5,103 bases of DNA from a virus. Where the stretch lies: positions 1 to 5,103 of the IMG/VR virus record IMGVR_UViG_3300020041_000025. One strand, given 5' to 3'. Below, piece after piece: positions 4,463-5,103 of this stretch. Positions within the stretch are counted from its first letter, which is position 1; each line of letters starts with the position of its first letter. Below the pieces are notes generated by a model, which was not told where the DNA came from, searched no databases, and was given only the letters and a program-made list of their open reading frames with translations. The position numbers were made by a program, and so were the translations under genes.

Positions 4463-4476
4463 ATAACCAACTCCTT
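4458..4476 (-). repeat. 19-nt translation-initiation cassette, copy in front of the 80-aa ORF
   Basis: This is identical to 176..194. The flanking bases differ (175 c vs 4457 a; 195 c vs 4477 t). Confidence 0.95.
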
Positions 4477-5103
4477 TACTTTAAAATATAGCTAATACCG
4501 CGAAGAATATGACCGAGGCCTGAATTACCAACGCCTAATGAGTCATAGAAATCAGCTTCCTGCTTCGAAAGGCGAGAATTATGAAAAGAGAAAGCAGCAG
4601 CAGAATTGGCCTGATTGGCTGAAGCTATATTAGCCAGTATACCTGAAGAAAGATAAGATCCTTGAAGTCTTAGATTCTGCAGCTCCTGATCCATTCGCTG
4701 AAGCTCATAACCAAGACGTTTTTCATAGGTTTGCTCTGCTAAATTCAAATTATTAGCCTTAATGCCGTTATCAATAACTATTCCATGGGTCGCCTGACGC
4801 GTAGAATCGGCTTCTGCGACGTTTTTATCAATCTGAGAAATTGCAAGATGTTCAGCATTTTTCGCCTGCCGTTCAGCGGCACTAGCAGCTCTAGCAGAGT
4901 TCATGGTAGAACCGATATCACTCATTCCGACAGAAGCAGCTGAAGCTCCAGATATAGAACCGCCTATACCATTAGTTGCAGCGAGAATGGGATTCAGACC
5001 AGCGGCACGCATGTCATCAACAGCCCATTGATAACGATGTTTATAATTTTCAACATTCCACGCATTCGCCTGTGCGGCATTAGCGGAATTGTAATGATTC
5101 TGA
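4476..5103 (-). CDS. VP2: VP2 (minor capsid / DNA pilot protein), C-terminal part. The 5' end runs off the window and continues at 122..180.
   Basis: The stop TAA is at 4478..4476. The frame stays open through 5103. The track's Met at 5012 is internal, since the true start is at window position 180 in the other repeat copy. Confidence 0.9.
   Translation of the reverse strand, partial: QNHYNSANAAQANAWNVENYKHRYQWAVDDMRAAGLNPILAATNGIGGSISGASAASVGMSDIGSTMNSARAASAAERQAKNAEHLAISQIDKNVAEADSTRQATHGIVIDNGIKANNLNLAEQTYEKRLGYELQRMDQELQNLRLQGSYLSSGILANIASANQANSAAAFSFHNSRLSKQEADFYDSLGVGNSGLGHILRGISYILK
4983..5103. repeat. Terminal redundancy, copy 2: exact duplicate of 1..121
   Basis: Same comparison as copy 1. 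It implies a circular unit of 4982 nt. Confidence 0.97.

Noticed and set aside
159-4495. All plus-strand ORFs in the track (159..377, 378..674, 816..1148, 2133..2333, 2478..2666, 2588..2815, 3192..3851 of 219 aa, 3870..4103, 4110..4319, 4301..4495)
   Set aside because: Each is antisense to a confidently identified minus-strand gene. I found no SD in front of those I checked, and the translations look like low-complexity junk. Microviruses are known to transcribe one strand only. Long antisense ORFs are a common by-product of codon bias.
1-5103. Search for tRNA/rRNA genes, CRISPR repeats, integrase/transposase genes, inverted terminal repeats of a mobile element, or a defence/toxin system
   Set aside because: I saw nothing of the kind. 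The only long repeat is the 121-nt circular overlap. Every ORF longer than 60 aa on the coding strand is either a Microviridae core gene or one of the two small hypothetical ORFs described above.

Overview
This window is one complete, circularly permuted genome of a small ssDNA phage of the family Microviridae, with a Gokushovirinae-type gene set. It is not a stretch of bacterial chromosome. Bases 1..121 recur exactly at 4983..5103, so the unit genome is 4,982 nt and the window reads past its own start.

Every gene I can support is on the minus strand, tightly packed, and preceded by a strong Shine-Dalgarno (SD) site. In transcription order they are:
- VP4, the HUH rolling-circle replication initiator
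- a 79-aa hypothetical ORF
- VP5
- an intrinsic terminator
- VP3, the internal scaffold
- VP1, the major capsid protein, with an apparent TTG start
- VP2, the pilot/minor capsid protein, which spans the circle junction
- an 80-aa protein with an N-terminal hydrophobic helix
- a 36-aa arginine-rich VP8/J-like ORF that the ORF track missed

The sequence also shows:
- Three near-consensus promoters on the coding strand. Each is a perfect TTGACA, a 17-nt spacer and a TGn extended -10.
- One of these promoters fires straight into the terminator hairpin.
- Two clusters of intergenic hairpins, one of them an isolated GC-rich island.
- A 19-nt translation-initiation cassette duplicated exactly in front of VP2 and the 80-aa ORF.
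- A weak dif-like (XerC/D) motif.

The most interesting candidate for undescribed biology is the small membrane protein, a possible single-gene lysis factor. No lysin or any other lysis gene is recognisable. The promoter-terminator-hairpin region ahead of the structural genes is the second candidate.

All homology statements come from my recognition of family motifs, not from a database search. I saw no tRNA, rRNA, CRISPR array, integrase or transposase.
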